NCBI GenBank assembly: GCA_002329465.1 | Contig: DCTW01000004.1 | Span: 2,933 to 66,932, forward strand | DNA from: Candidatus Woesebacteria bacterium UBA1430 | GTDB lineage: Bacteria > Patescibacteriota > Microgenomatia > UBA8517 | Length of the DNA: 64,000 nucleotides | Reading direction: 5' to 3' | Shown here: positions 45,178 to 55,405 of the stretch, piece by piece | Position numbering within the stretch: the stretch's first letter is position 1 | Layout of the letters: every line of letters begins with the position of its first letter | Program-made: the position numbers and the translations under genes | The notes under the pieces: generated by a model | Seen by the model: only the letters and a program-made list of their open reading frames with translations | Databases searched by the model: none | What the model was told of the DNA's origin: nothing

Positions 45178-45732
45178 TTACTCCTTTTCAAAAGGCATAC
45201 CCATCAAAGAAAGCATCCTCTCCGATTTTTTCTTGTCGGAATTCTTAACAACAAGTGTTATTTCTATCCCCTGCATTTTATCTGTTTTCCCAATGCCAAT
45301 CTCGGGAAAAACGGAATACTCTTCAAGCCCTATTGTGTAATTTCCATCCCCATCAAAACTGCTTTTAGATAGTCCCTTAAAATCCCTAAGTCTCGGCAAA
45401 ACTATGGTTATAAGTCTTGCCAAAAAATCATACATCTTCTGTCTTCTTAAAGTAACGCTCAAACCAACAGGATTTCCCTCTCTAATACCAAACCCAGCAA
45501 CCGATATCCGAGCGCGCCTTACAAACGGTTTTTGTCCGCACATTAAAGATATATCTTTCACAAGCCTTTCCATAATCTCCTTATTTTTCAAAAGCTCGCC
45601 TGTTCCCATATTTACAACTATTTTGGAAACATAAGGTGTAGCCATCTTGTTTTTAATTCCAAACTCATCCATCAGCTTCGAACGAACCTCGCTCTCATAA
45701 ACCTCTTTTAAATTTAATCTGTTTTGCTTCAT
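45178..45732 (-). CDS. rplE: 50S ribosomal protein L5
   Basis: [10 protein letters not shown] ... [20 protein letters not shown]. Confidence 0.94.
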   Translation of the reverse strand: MKQNRLNLKEVYESEVRSKLMDEFGIKNKMATPYVSKIVVNMGTGELLKNKEIMERLVKDISLMCGQKPFVRRARISVAGFGIREGNPVGLSVTLRRQKMYDFLARLITIVLPRLRDFKGLSKSSFDGDGNYTIGLEEYSVFPEIGIGKTDKMQGIEITLVVKNSDKKKSERMLSLMGMPFEKE

Positions 45733-45736
45733 ATTT

Positions 45737-46057
45737 TTATTTCTTGTCTACAATCACACCGGACTTTTTACTAATTCTCAGTTTTTTTCCACCCTCTACT
45801 TTAAAACCTATCCTTGTTGGCTTACTGCTTTTGGAATCAACAACCATTAACTTTGATAAATCAATAGGTCTTGGTATCTCATAAATACCTCCCTTGCCGT
45901 CTCTTGCCAAAGCTTTCTTAACATGTTTTTTGTAAATATTTACATCACTCACAATAGCAACTCCTTTTTTTGGATAAATTCTTTCAATACTACCCTCACG
46001 CCCTTTATCTTTCCCGCTAATTACTACCACTTTATCTCCAACTTTATACTTCAACAT
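45737..46057 (-). CDS. rplX: 50S ribosomal protein L24
   Basis: KOW motif KVGDKVVVISGKDKGREGSI. Confidence 0.93.
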   Translation of the reverse strand: MLKYKVGDKVVVISGKDKGREGSIERIYPKKGVAIVSDVNIYKKHVKKALARDGKGGIYEIPRPIDLSKLMVVDSKSSKPTRIGFKVEGGKKLRISKKSGVIVDKK

Positions 46058-46058
46058 A

Positions 46059-46424
46059 TTAAACTACCTCCTTGGCTAACGAAACTATTTTTGTATATCC
46101 GGCATCCCTTACTTCCTTTGCAATAGGTCCCAAAACTCGCGTTCCCCGAGGAAGACCTTGCTTGTCAATAATTACAGCAGCATTATCATCAAACCTTATA
46201 TAACTTCCGTCCTCTCTTCTTACTTCTTTCTTTGTCCGAACAATCACAGCGTTCACAAGTTCACGGTTTGAAACAACACCCGCAGGATCCGCCTTTTTTA
46301 CAACACAACGCACAACATCACCAATTGTTGCCTTTTTGCCGATCTTTGTAGAAACTCCAATTACATGAAGCATTTTAGCTCCAGAGTTATCTGCCAAATT
46401 CAAATTACTTCTTAGCTGTACCAT
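46059..46424 (-). CDS. rplN: 50S ribosomal protein L14
   Basis: [24 protein letters not shown] ... The start is at ATG 46424. The ORF-track N-terminal extension overlaps rpsQ and is not L14-like. Confidence 0.94.
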   Translation of the reverse strand: MVQLRSNLNLADNSGAKMLHVIGVSTKIGKKATIGDVVRCVVKKADPAGVVSNRELVNAVIVRTKKEVRREDGSYIRFDDNAAVIIDKQGLPRGTRVLGPIAKEVRDAGYTKIVSLAKEVV

Positions 46425-46662
46425 CTTCTTTATCCTTTCTAACAACCTCAAGTATTTTCCATTTCTTTGTTTTACTGTAAGGTCTGCTGTCGGAAAAATT
46501 AACAATATCCCCCTCAGATACCCCAATGTCATCATGCACAAAATATTTTTTTATTCTTCTAAACCTTTTTTTGTAAACAGGATGCACAAACACACGATCT
46601 ACACTTACACATGCGGTCTTAGGCATCTTGGTTGATACAACTTTACCTGTAAATATTTTCAT
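46405..46662 (-). CDS. rpsQ: 30S ribosomal protein S17
   Basis: [39 protein letters not shown]. Confidence 0.93.
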   Translation of the reverse strand: MKIFTGKVVSTKMPKTACVSVDRVFVHPVYKKRFRRIKKYFVHDDIGVSEGDIVNFSDSRPYSKTKKWKILEVVRKDKEDGTAKK

Positions 46663-46889
46663 TTTTCTCCTTTCTTTTTCTCACTCTCTTTCTGTCTTTG
46701 CTTTTCTGATATTATAGTCATAATTTGGGCAATATCTAAAGCAAGCACTTTTTTCGATTTCAGATTTTTCTCCTCACCAGATGATATTTTAACACTTCTT
46801 TTCAAAGCATCCTTCTTAAGCTTAAAAACCTTTTCTTTAAGCTCTTTAATCGTGCTTTTTCTAATATCGCTAAGTTCTCTTTTCTTCAT
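46659..46889 (-). CDS. rpmC: 50S ribosomal protein L29
   Basis: Small helical protein in the canonical position between rplP and rpsQ (IKELKEKVFKLKKD...). Confidence 0.85.
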   Translation of the reverse strand: MKKRELSDIRKSTIKELKEKVFKLKKDALKRSVKISSGEEKNLKSKKVLALDIAQIMTIISEKQRQKESEKKKGEK

Positions 46890-47305
46890 TTAAGTCTATC
46901 CTCTTTTGCAACAATCCTTGTTTTAAAAGGCATCTTGTCTCCCGCTTTGGAAATCGCGCTTTTTACAACTTCTTCATTAGGCCCTGTTACCTCATAAATT
47001 ATCCTCCCGGGCTTAATCACGGCAACATAAGTATCAATATCGCCTTTCCCCTGACCCATTCTTTGTCCTGCTGGACGAGACGTTATGGGCTTATCGGGAA
47101 ATACCCTAATCCACACCCTACCTTTTCTTTTCAAAGTATTTGTTATTGCTCGCCTTCCCGCCTCGATCTGCTTAGACTTAAGCCATCCCCGCCCCATAGC
47201 CTTAAGACCAAATTCACCGAAACTAAGGCTGCTTCCTCTTTGAGAAAGACCCTTTCTTCTTCCTCTAAAATCCTTTCTGTATTTTCTTCTTTTCGGTTGC
47301 AACAT
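46886..47305 (-). CDS. rplP: 50S ribosomal protein L16
   Basis: MLQPKRRKYRKDFRGRRKG ... RMGQGKG. Confidence 0.95.
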   Translation of the reverse strand: MLQPKRRKYRKDFRGRRKGLSQRGSSLSFGEFGLKAMGRGWLKSKQIEAGRRAITNTLKRKGRVWIRVFPDKPITSRPAGQRMGQGKGDIDTYVAVIKPGRIIYEVTGPNEEVVKSAISKAGDKMPFKTRIVAKEDRLK

Positions 47306-47310
47306 TTTAT

Positions 47311-47967
47311 TTACTCCTTATCTTCGGATTTATAAATCCAAACCTTTACTCCAACATAACCTCTTTTCAAAAGTGCCGGAACTTGAGCATAATCAACATT
47401 CTTTCTCAAAGTTTGCGTAGGTATAGAACCCTCATAATATTTCTCGGATCGTGCTATTTCGGCCCCTCCTATCCTTCCGGAAAGTACTATCTTTACCCCC
47501 AAAGCTCCGGATTGCATAACCCGCTCTATGCTTTTGGCAACCACCCTCCTGTGAGGAAGCCTTCTTTCAAGCTCGGATGCTATTCTTCCGGCAACCAAAT
47601 GAGCAGACAGCTCCGGATTCTTAATCTCTGTAACCTGCAAATCCACCCTCAAATCTTTTGGATACTCTCCTCTAACATTTTTTATTATTTCAATTATTTT
47701 TTTCTTTAAATCTTCTATGCCCGTTCCACCCCTTCCGATCACTACACCGGGTCTTGAAACAGTAAGAGAAATAGCTATACTTTTTGGCAACCTTTCAATA
47801 TCCACCCTACTTATACCGGCGGTTTTAAGTCTTTCCATCAAAAATCCACGGATTTTAATATCCTCTATCAAAAAATCTTTAAATCGCTTGTCGTCCGAAA
47901 ACCATCTTGATTTCCAATTAACAAATCTTCCTGTCCTAAAACCTACGGGGTTAACTTTTTGTCCCAT
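47311..47967 (-). CDS. rpsC: 30S ribosomal protein S3
   Basis: MGQKVNPVGFRTG ..., a KH domain, and GRIGGAEIARSEKYYEGSIPTQTLR. Confidence 0.95.
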   Translation of the reverse strand: MGQKVNPVGFRTGRFVNWKSRWFSDDKRFKDFLIEDIKIRGFLMERLKTAGISRVDIERLPKSIAISLTVSRPGVVIGRGGTGIEDLKKKIIEIIKNVRGEYPKDLRVDLQVTEIKNPELSAHLVAGRIASELERRLPHRRVVAKSIERVMQSGALGVKIVLSGRIGGAEIARSEKYYEGSIPTQTLRKNVDYAQVPALLKRGYVGVKVWIYKSEDKE

Positions 47968-48301
47968 TATTTTTCTCTCCTTTCAGAACTACTCTTATAT
48001 GGCTTGTCCTTTTTAAAATAGGATGCCACTGCCCTCTTGAAACGGCCCTGCCGCGCTTAAGCGTCGGCCCCTCGTTTATCTCTATCTCTTTAAAAACCAA
48101 ATCTTTCTCCACAAGCCCCTTAACTTTAGCGTTTGCAACCGCGCTTTTTATCGCCTTATATAAAGGTTTAGCCGCCCTCTTTCTCAAAAAAGGCAGCATC
48201 TCCAAAGCTTGTACGGGAGTCATTTCGCGCACAACATCCGCAACAAGCCTAATCTTCCTCGGCGATGTTCGAATAAATTTTTCTTTCGCAATTACTTCCA
48301 T
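47951..48301 (-). CDS. rplV: 50S ribosomal protein L22
   Basis: IRTSPRKIRLVADVVREM ... RGRAVSRGQWHPILKRTSHIRVVL. Confidence 0.93.
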   Translation of the reverse strand: MEVIAKEKFIRTSPRKIRLVADVVREMTPVQALEMLPFLRKRAAKPLYKAIKSAVANAKVKGLVEKDLVFKEIEINEGPTLKRGRAVSRGQWHPILKRTSHIRVVLKGEKNNGTKS

Positions 48302-48302
48302 A

Positions 48303-48584
48303 TTAAGTTTTCTCTATAATTCTCTTAACCACTTGACCATGTCCTCTAAAAGTTCTTGTTGGCGCAAATTCACCGAATCTATGGCCAACCATATCTTCTG
48401 ACACAAAAACATCTATAAACACTCTGCCGTTATGAACCTTAAAGTATTTACCCACAAATTCAGGTGCTATCTGAGAACTTCGTGCCCAAGTTTTTATGGG
48501 GCTTGCTTTTTCACCCATTCCACTGGCAACCTTCTTTAATATTCTCTCATCTACATACGGTCCTTTTTTAATGCTTCTACTCAT
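48303..48584 (-). CDS. rpsS: 30S ribosomal protein S19
   Basis: [12 protein letters not shown] ... [33 protein letters not shown]. Confidence 0.95.
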   Translation of the reverse strand: MSRSIKKGPYVDERILKKVASGMGEKASPIKTWARSSQIAPEFVGKYFKVHNGRVFIDVFVSEDMVGHRFGEFAPTRTFRGHGQVVKRIIEKT

Positions 48585-48589
48585 TTTTT

Positions 48590-49342
48590 TTAACTACCAT
48601 GTTTGCCGGGCTTTCGCCTCTGAACAATCAATCTATCCGAATACTTTCCCTTTTTTCGCGTTCTTCCGACAGCAGACTTGCCGTAAGGAGTTTTGGGGTA
48701 TTTAAGACCAACTCCGCTTCTTCCTTCCCCTCCTCCATGCGGATGAGAACCAGGGTGCTGCGCAGTCCCCCTGACCGTAGGTCTAATACCACGCCTTCTT
48801 TTTGTACCTGCTTTCGGGATTCTTATACTTCGGAAATCGGCATTGCCAACTTGTCCAATAGTAGCATAACACAATGGATCAAATCTTCTAATCTCACTTG
48901 AAGGAAGCCGCACTAATACAAAATCTTTCTCCTTACCCTGAACCACAGCCGAAGAACCGGCACTCTTTACAATTTGAGCACCCTTACCAGGCCTTATTTC
49001 TATATTATGTATGCTCGTACCCACAGGGATCTTCGAAAGCGGCAACGCATTACCAACCTCAATAGGAGCCTCAGCAGATGAAATCACCTTCTGTCCCTTA
49101 ATCAAACCAACCGGTGCAATTATATATCTTCTCTCCCCGTCCTTATAAAGAAGCAAAGCCACGTTCGCATTCCTGTTTGGATCATATTCAACGCGTTCAA
49201 CTGTAGCCCAAACATCTTTTTTATCACGTTTAAAATCTATTTTTCTCAAATACCTTTTATGTCTCCCACCTTGATGTCTTACAGTAACTTTACCGCGAGA
49301 TCGCCCCGACTTTTTTGGTAAAATTTGAATCAACTTACTCAT
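48590..49342 (-). CDS. rplB: 50S ribosomal protein L2
   Basis: [19 protein letters not shown] ... [19 protein letters not shown]. Confidence 0.95.
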   Translation of the reverse strand: MSKLIQILPKKSGRSRGKVTVRHQGGRHKRYLRKIDFKRDKKDVWATVERVEYDPNRNANVALLLYKDGERRYIIAPVGLIKGQKVISSAEAPIEVGNALPLSKIPVGTSIHNIEIRPGKGAQIVKSAGSSAVVQGKEKDFVLVRLPSSEIRRFDPLCYATIGQVGNADFRSIRIPKAGTKRRRGIRPTVRGTAQHPGSHPHGGGEGRSGVGLKYPKTPYGKSAVGRTRKKGKYSDRLIVQRRKPGKHGS

Positions 49343-49632
49343 TTTTTCTTCTTCTCCTCCCCTGCAAAAAGGTCAATTTTGTCCTTGCCCTTTAGCACAA
49401 CAACCGCTTTTTTTCTAGCAGGTTGGACCGTCTTTCTCCTTCTCCACATACTAGTTTTAACAACACTTTTGTAATTCATTACCGAAACAGTCTTAACAGA
49501 AACTCCAAAAATCTCACCAATAACCTTCTTTATCTTCGGCTTATTAAGCCCGCGGGGAACCCAAAATGTATATTTGCCATTCTTCGCATCGGCAATACTC
49601 TTTTCTGTTAATACCGGCTTTATTTTTATCAT
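49339..49632 (-). CDS. rplW: 50S ribosomal protein L23
   Basis: IKPVLTEKS...KYTFWVPRGLNKPKIKKVIGEIFGVSVKTV. Confidence 0.92.
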   Translation of the reverse strand: MIKIKPVLTEKSIADAKNGKYTFWVPRGLNKPKIKKVIGEIFGVSVKTVSVMNYKSVVKTSMWRRRKTVQPARKKAVVVLKGKDKIDLFAGEEKKKK

Positions 49633-50261
49633 TTCTTCTTCTCCTCTTTCTTTTCTGCCTTAAACACATCGGCATCAAACAAAAGCAAACCGCCATAAAA
49701 TACACTGTATGCATTAAGACTTTCAAAAACCAAAACGGATAAATTATCAATATTTCTAAAAAACTTTGCCTTATCCTTATTTTTCATCGATAAAACTACG
49801 GTTGTTCTTGCCATTTTATCCCCCGCTATTCGTCGGACAAGCTCATACGACTCCTTTGTCTTTTTAATCTTTGCCACTCCGTCAATAAGAAATATTTTTT
49901 TATCTTTCAGTTTCCTATTTAAAACAATCGCAAGAGCTTTTCTCTTCATCTTCAAAGGCAGTTCAAGCTCTCTTTTAATACCTCTCGGACCGTGTGCTTT
50001 GCCGCCGCCCACAAATATAGGGGCTGATTTTGCCCCATGTCTTGCTCTCCCAGTCCCTTTCTGTCTATACCACTTGGATTTAGTCAGTAAAACCTCGCCT
50101 CTTGTTTTAACTTTAGACAAAGCTTTATAGGCCCTGTTTGTATAAACACGCATAGCTTGAGCAACCAAATAATCATTCTCTTCTTTTTCGAATAAGTCCA
50201 AAGGGATCTCGCCTATTGACTTCGCTTTTACACCAACCGCGTATTTATCAACTTTCGGCAT
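49629..50261 (-). CDS. rplD: 50S ribosomal protein L4
   Basis: WYRQKGTGRARHGAKSAPIFVGGGKAHGP. The start is taken at ATG 50261 (MPKVDKY). Confidence 0.93.
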   Translation of the reverse strand: MPKVDKYAVGVKAKSIGEIPLDLFEKEENDYLVAQAMRVYTNRAYKALSKVKTRGEVLLTKSKWYRQKGTGRARHGAKSAPIFVGGGKAHGPRGIKRELELPLKMKRKALAIVLNRKLKDKKIFLIDGVAKIKKTKESYELVRRIAGDKMARTTVVLSMKNKDKAKFFRNIDNLSVLVFESLNAYSVFYGGLLLFDADVFKAEKKEEKKK

Positions 50262-50925
50262 TTTCCTCTCCTTTCTTGGGAACACCCTCACCCGATGAAA
50301 TCTTTTTAATTATCAAAGGAGTCATTTTTGAACCGGGAAGAGAACCTGATAAATAAACCTCTCCCCTTTCGGAATCAAGTTTAATAACCTTCAAATTTTT
50401 AACGGTAACCCTATCCTGTCCCATTCTTCCGGCCATTTTCTTGCCCTTTCTTACACGACCAGGGTCTGTTCCCTGTCCTATAGACCCCGGCGCACGATGT
50501 CTGTCAGACTGCCCGTGAGTTTTAGGACCCCCCGCAAATCCCCATCTTTTTACTACTCCTGCAAAACCTTTTCCTTTAGATTTGCCTGTTACGGAAACCA
50601 GATCTCCCTCCGAAAGCACTTGATTTAACTCTATCTTGTCACCAACTTTAAATTCTGGCTTTTCATCAACTCTTATCTCCACCAAAAAAGAAGGCGCTTT
50701 CTTGCCTTCAAAAGCGCCTTTTAAGTGTCCTCTCATTGGTTTTGTAATATTTTTTACCTTTTTTTCACCAAAACCAAGCTGAACACCCCAATATCCGTCC
50801 CGCTTTAAATTCTTTATCTGCGTAACCACACAAGGTCCCGCTTTCACCACGGTCACGGGAACTCTAGCATTCTCAACAAATGCCTGTAACATTTTTGTTT
50901 TTTGTCCCAAAATAGTATTTAACAT
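50248..50925 (-). CDS. rplC: 50S ribosomal protein L3
   Basis: ILGQKTKMLQAF ... GKGFAGVVKRWGFAGGPKTHGQSDRHRAPGSIG. Confidence 0.95.
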   Translation of the reverse strand: MLNTILGQKTKMLQAFVENARVPVTVVKAGPCVVTQIKNLKRDGYWGVQLGFGEKKVKNITKPMRGHLKGAFEGKKAPSFLVEIRVDEKPEFKVGDKIELNQVLSEGDLVSVTGKSKGKGFAGVVKRWGFAGGPKTHGQSDRHRAPGSIGQGTDPGRVRKGKKMAGRMGQDRVTVKNLKVIKLDSERGEVYLSGSLPGSKMTPLIIKKISSGEGVPKKGEENAES

Positions 50926-50939
50926 GGCTTTTATGCATT

Positions 50940-50961
50940 AAAAAAAGCGCCAGAGGCGCCC
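50940..50961 (-). terminator. terminator-like hairpin in the leader 14 nt upstream of rplC
   Basis: Minus strand reads gggcgcc-tct-ggcgc followed by TTTTTTT, with the stem at 50947-50959. It lies downstream of the tlyA-like stop and of a TATAAT at 51028-51023. Confidence 0.45.
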
Positions 50962-51043
50962 AATCTCGGCTCTCCGACCAGTTTCTAGAGGTCTATATCA
51001 AAACCACCTCCATGTGAGGCTGATTATATCAAATAGCCGTTAA

Positions 51044-51592
51044 TCAAGCAAGAAGAGCTAAAAATTCCCGATTGCCGGCGCGTCCTCCGGTAATCGGAGA
51101 TTCAATAATCTTAGAAACACAAATTCCAAGCATCTCAACGTTGAGTTTTGCGGCAGAAAGCACTTGTTCAACGCTCTCATCAGAAAGCCTACCTTTACGA
51201 ATCAAGCTGGGATTAGCTTCATAATGAGGTTTAATCAAAGTTATAATCAACCCATTCTTTTTTAAATTCTTTAGAGCATTTGGAATAATTTTTTCTTGTC
51301 TAGTCCAACCGGTATCAATCACAATTATATCTACCTTTTCAGGTAAAATTACGTGCATTGCATTAGTCCGCTCCTTCACAACAACTCGCGGATCATTCCT
51401 AAGCTTCCAGTGAAGCTCACCATAAGATGTATCAACTGCATATACTCGTAAAACGCCATTTTGCAAAAGGCAATCTGTAAACCCACCCGTTGAAGCACCA
51501 AAATCAGCAGCTATTAAACCGTCGGAATTAATATTAAAAGCTTCCAAAGCCGCTTGAAGCTTTTCTCCACCTCTTGAGACAAAACTCCCCAT
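51044..51592 (-). CDS. tlyA: TlyA-family rRNA 2'-O-methyltransferase (FtsJ-like domain only, no S4 domain)
   Basis: FVSRGGEKLQAALEAFNI...AADFGASTGGFTDCLLQNGVLRVYAVDTSYGELHWKLRNDPRVVVKERTNA matches the TlyA methyltransferase core. The ATG overlaps the rpsJ stop by 1 nt (TAATG). Confidence 0.8.
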   Translation of the reverse strand: MGSFVSRGGEKLQAALEAFNINSDGLIAADFGASTGGFTDCLLQNGVLRVYAVDTSYGELHWKLRNDPRVVVKERTNAMHVILPEKVDIIVIDTGWTRQEKIIPNALKNLKKNGLIITLIKPHYEANPSLIRKGRLSDESVEQVLSAAKLNVEMLGICVSKIIESPITGGRAGNREFLALLA

Positions 51593-51900
51593 TACATCTT
51601 AATCTCAACCGAAACTCCTGCTGGAAGATCTAAATTAGATAAAGAATCGATAGTTCTTTCTGTAGGTTCAAGAATATCAATAAGCCTTTTATGAACCAGG
51701 ATTTCAAAATGCTCCTGCGCGTCTTTATGCTTAAACGGAGATTCAAGAACAGGTATAATAGTTCTTTTTGTAGGAAGCGGCGTAGGGCCTGCTATCTTTG
51801 CCCCGCTTGCCATGGCCGTATCCAATATCTTAGAAGCAGCTTCATCAATTACTCGATGGTCATAACTCTTAAGTTTCACCCTAATGCGTCCTATAGCCAT
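51592..51900 (-). CDS. rpsJ: 30S ribosomal protein S10
   Basis: IRVKLKSYDHRVIDEAASKILDTA...GPTPLPTKRT...HKDAQEHFE. Confidence 0.95.
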   Translation of the reverse strand: MAIGRIRVKLKSYDHRVIDEAASKILDTAMASGAKIAGPTPLPTKRTIIPVLESPFKHKDAQEHFEILVHKRLIDILEPTERTIDSLSNLDLPAGVSVEIKM

Positions 51901-51921
51901 TTTAATTAAAGTGCGAAGATT

Positions 51922-53121
51922 TTATTTTATTATTTTGGTGATTACTCCTGCACCAACCGTCTTTCCACCCTCACGAACCGCAAATCTTAGCCCCTCCTCC
52001 ATTGCAACCGGAGTAATAAGCTTAACCTTCATTTTAGCGCTATCACCCGGCATAACCATCTCAATTCCCTCAGGAAGGGTAACTTCGCCGGTAACGTCCG
52101 CAGTTCGTACAAAAAACTGCGGCTTATATCCGGTAAAGAATGGCGTATGCCTTCCCCCCTCATCTTTGGATAAAATATAAACTTCCGCCTCGAACTCGGT
52201 ATGAGGAGTTACAGATCCGGGTTTTGCAATTACCTGGCCTCTCTCAATCTGATCTTTCTCAATTCCTCTTAGTAAAACCCCTACGTTGTCTCCCGCTTGG
52301 GTTTCATCCAAAGTTTTTCTAAACATCTCAAGTCCGGTAACAACAGTCTTTTGAGTATCCCTTATACCGACAATCTCAACTTCCTCATTAACAGTAAGCT
52401 TCCCTCTCTCAACACGTCCCGTGGCTACTGTTCCTCGTCCTTTAATAGAAAATACGTCTTCAACATGCATCAAAAAAGGCTTATCAGTCTCTCTCTTGGG
52501 ATCGGGAATATACTCATCAACTATCTTCATAAGCTCCAAAATTTGCTTTTCAGCCTCTGGGTCACCTTCATAAGCTTTTAGAGCGGATCCGCGAATAACA
52601 GGAACTTCATCACCTGGGTATTCGTACTTCTTAAGAAGCTCCCGTACGTCATCCTCAACTAAATCAATAATCTCAGGATCATCAACCGTATCAACCTTGT
52701 TTAGAAACACAATCAAAACAGGAACATTAACTTGTCGTGCCAAAATAACATGCTCCTTCGTTTGAGGCATGGGTCCATCAGCAGCGGATATAACCAAAAT
52801 AGCTCCGTCCATCTGGGCCGCGCCCGTAATCATGTTTTTAATATAATCGGCGTGACCAGGAGCATCGATGTGAGCATAATGTCTCTTTTCCGTTTCGTAT
52901 TCAATATGAGTTATATTTATTGTTACTCCTCTTTCTTTCTCCTCAGGAGCATTATCAATATCTTCAAATTTAAAAGGTTTAGTGCTGTTGCCGGGCTGCT
53001 TTGAAAGAACGTTGGTAATTGCAGCAGTTAAAGTGGTTTTACCGTGATCAACATGCCCTATAGTGCCGACGTTTACATGCGGCTTGTTTCTTTCAAACTT
53101 TTGTTTTGTATCTGATGCCAT
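51922..53121 (-). CDS. tuf: elongation factor Tu
   Basis: [31 protein letters not shown]. The start is taken at ATG 53121 ([11 protein letters not shown]). Confidence 0.96.
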   Translation of the reverse strand: MASDTKQKFERNKPHVNVGTIGHVDHGKTTLTAAITNVLSKQPGNSTKPFKFEDIDNAPEEKERGVTINITHIEYETEKRHYAHIDAPGHADYIKNMITGAAQMDGAILVISAADGPMPQTKEHVILARQVNVPVLIVFLNKVDTVDDPEIIDLVEDDVRELLKKYEYPGDEVPVIRGSALKAYEGDPEAEKQILELMKIVDEYIPDPKRETDKPFLMHVEDVFSIKGRGTVATGRVERGKLTVNEEVEIVGIRDTQKTVVTGLEMFRKTLDETQAGDNVGVLLRGIEKDQIERGQVIAKPGSVTPHTEFEAEVYILSKDEGGRHTPFFTGYKPQFFVRTADVTGEVTLPEGIEMVMPGDSAKMKVKLITPVAMEEGLRFAVREGGKTVGAGVITKIIK

Positions 53122-53170
53122 GATAGTTAATTTATTATATCTTTTAAACTTTTTCAAGCCCCAATTTTAG

Positions 53171-53199
53171 GCGAAAAATCACTTCCGCCTTTTGCGGAA
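53171..53199 (-). terminator. weak hairpin plus T-run between fusA and tuf (attenuator/terminator candidate)
   Basis: Minus strand reads ttccgc-aaaag-gcggaa, then gtgattttt. Confidence 0.3.
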
Positions 53200-53233
53200 A
53201 TTAAGCGTATTATTACAATGCCGCCAAGCCTTG

Positions 53234-55399
53234 TCAAGAGGCAGATCCCCTGCCGGACTGAGAAACAATATTTACAGAAATATTTGCCGGCACTTCTTCA
53301 TAATGGCTTGGTTCAATATAAGCACTCGCCCTTCCTTGCGATAGCGACCTAAGTCTTGTTGCGTAACCCGAAAGCTCAGCCAAAGGAGCCATTGCATTAA
53401 TTACGGACAAACCAGCTCTTTCTTCAGTACCCTGTATTTGGGCTCTCCTACTCGAAAGATCGCCAATCACATCTCCCATAAATTCATCCGGTGTGGTAAC
53501 CTCAACCTTAACAATAGGCTCCAAAAGCACTAAATCCGCCTGTTTCACAGCCTCCTCAAGCGCTAAAGATCCGGCAATTTTAAAGGCAATCTCGGAAGAA
53601 TCTACATCATGGAAACTCCCGTCGTAAACAGCAACCTTCAAATCAACCACAGGATATCCCGCAAGTATACCTGCCTCAAGCTTCTCCTTAACACCTTTTT
53701 CAATAGCAGGTATAAACTCGGAAGGAATCGCGCCACCCTTTATCTCAGATACAAAATCAATCCCCTCGCCCCTTCCCAAAGGCTCAACTCTAAGAAAACA
53801 ATGTCCATATTGTCCGCGCCCACCCGTCTGTCTTATATATTTACCCTCACCGGTCGCAACTCTCTTAACAGTTTCTTTATAAGCAACCTGTGGAGCTCCC
53901 GTCTTTGCATCAACGTTAAATTCCCTTTTCATTCTATCAACAAGAATTTCAAGCTGAAGCTCGCCCATCCCGGATATAATCGTTTGACCGGTTTCATGGT
54001 TTGTTTTTATTCTAAAAGTAGGATCCTCATCCGAAAGCTTATTTAAAGCAAGGCTCATTCTCTCTTGATCGGCCTTTGTTGCAGGCTCAATCGCAAGGGA
54101 TATAACAGGATCCGGAAAAGAAATCGACTCAAGCACTATTGGGCTGCGCGGATCACATATCGTGTCTCCCGTTGTTAAATCACGGCTTCCCACCACAGCC
54201 ACAATCTCTCCACAATAAGCTTCATCAATAAGCTCTCTTTGATCAGCATGCATAAGCACAAGCTTTCCTATTCTTTCAGTTGTTTGTTTACTCGAGTTAT
54301 AAACCGATTCTCCCGCCTTAAGCTTACCTGAATAAACTCTTACATATACAAGCCTCCCCACATGCGGATCCGTAACCACCTTAAAAGCAAGAGCGGAAAG
54401 CGGTGTTTCCAAATTTTTCTCCCGAGTTTCCTCTTTTCCTGTTTTAGGATTAACACCGGCAACGGGTGGAAGATCAATAGGAGAGGGTAAATATTCAACT
54501 ACGCTATCAAGGAGCGTTCTTACAGTCACCATTCTATTATCTCCTCCAAGAATTGGGAAAAATTTACCCATAATCACTCCCGCACGTATGGCTTTTTTTA
54601 TATCTTTAGGCTCCAGCTCCTGACCTTCAAGATATTTCTCAAGTACACCGTCATCATACTCTGCAACAGCCTCAATAAGTTCATCTCTATAATGTTTGGC
54701 CTTTTCCTTCAAATCAGCAGGAAATTCTTCCTCAATAAGCTTATTATCATCCACTCCCTTATATGTGTAAGCCTTCATGTTTATAATATCAATCACGCCT
54801 CGCAAACCGTGCTCTATGCCAATAGGCATCTGTATAGGAAGCGCATTTGCACCAAGCCTGGTTCTTATAGATTTAATACTTCCTTCAAAATCAGCGCCTA
54901 TTAAATTAAGCTTGTTCAAAATACAAATTCGAGGTACTTGATATCTATCGGCTTGTCTCCAAACGGTCTCTGATTGCGATTCAACTCCGGTTCTACCGTC
55001 AAAAACCATTACCGCCCCATCCAAGACCCTCAAAGACCTTTCAACCTCGGCAGTAAAATCAATATGTCCCGGAGTATCTATAATGTTGACGCGGTAATGT
55101 CCATTCTCTACGGAAGAGTCAGATTGAAGATCCCAAAAAGTTGTTATTGCAGCGCTCACAATAGTAATCCCGCGCTCCCTTTCCTGCTCCATCCAATCAG
55201 TTACCGTAGTCCCCTCATCTACCGAACCGTGCTTATAAGTTTTTCCTGTTTCAAAAAGAATTCTCTCTGTAGTCGTAGTCTTTCCTGCATCAATATGCGC
55301 AATAATCCCAATATTTCTAATCTCTTCTAAAGGAACCTCACGATTCTCAGTTACAATAGACGCAAGAGAAGCCTTTTTCTTAGTTTGTTGTACAGCCAT
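53234..55399 (-). CDS. fusA: elongation factor G
   Basis: NIGIIAHIDAGKTTTTE, DTPGHIDF, and domains II-V are recognisable (GELQLEILVDRMKREF). Confidence 0.96.
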   Translation of the reverse strand: MAVQQTKKKASLASIVTENREVPLEEIRNIGIIAHIDAGKTTTTERILFETGKTYKHGSVDEGTTVTDWMEQERERGITIVSAAITTFWDLQSDSSVENGHYRVNIIDTPGHIDFTAEVERSLRVLDGAVMVFDGRTGVESQSETVWRQADRYQVPRICILNKLNLIGADFEGSIKSIRTRLGANALPIQMPIGIEHGLRGVIDIINMKAYTYKGVDDNKLIEEEFPADLKEKAKHYRDELIEAVAEYDDGVLEKYLEGQELEPKDIKKAIRAGVIMGKFFPILGGDNRMVTVRTLLDSVVEYLPSPIDLPPVAGVNPKTGKEETREKNLETPLSALAFKVVTDPHVGRLVYVRVYSGKLKAGESVYNSSKQTTERIGKLVLMHADQRELIDEAYCGEIVAVVGSRDLTTGDTICDPRSPIVLESISFPDPVISLAIEPATKADQERMSLALNKLSDEDPTFRIKTNHETGQTIISGMGELQLEILVDRMKREFNVDAKTGAPQVAYKETVKRVATGEGKYIRQTGGRGQYGHCFLRVEPLGRGEGIDFVSEIKGGAIPSEFIPAIEKGVKEKLEAGILAGYPVVDLKVAVYDGSFHDVDSSEIAFKIAGSLALEEAVKQADLVLLEPIVKVEVTTPDEFMGDVIGDLSSRRAQIQGTEERAGLSVINAMAPLAELSGYATRLRSLSQGRASAYIEPSHYEEVPANISVNIVSQSGRGSAS

Positions 55400-55405
55400 A
55401 ATAAT

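Noticed and set aside
53122-53233. The fusA-tuf intergenic region as a possible riboswitch or small RNA.
   Set aside because: Only one weak 6-bp hairpin with a T-run and AT-rich promoter-like hexamers are visible. Nothing goes beyond an ordinary internal attenuator/promoter.
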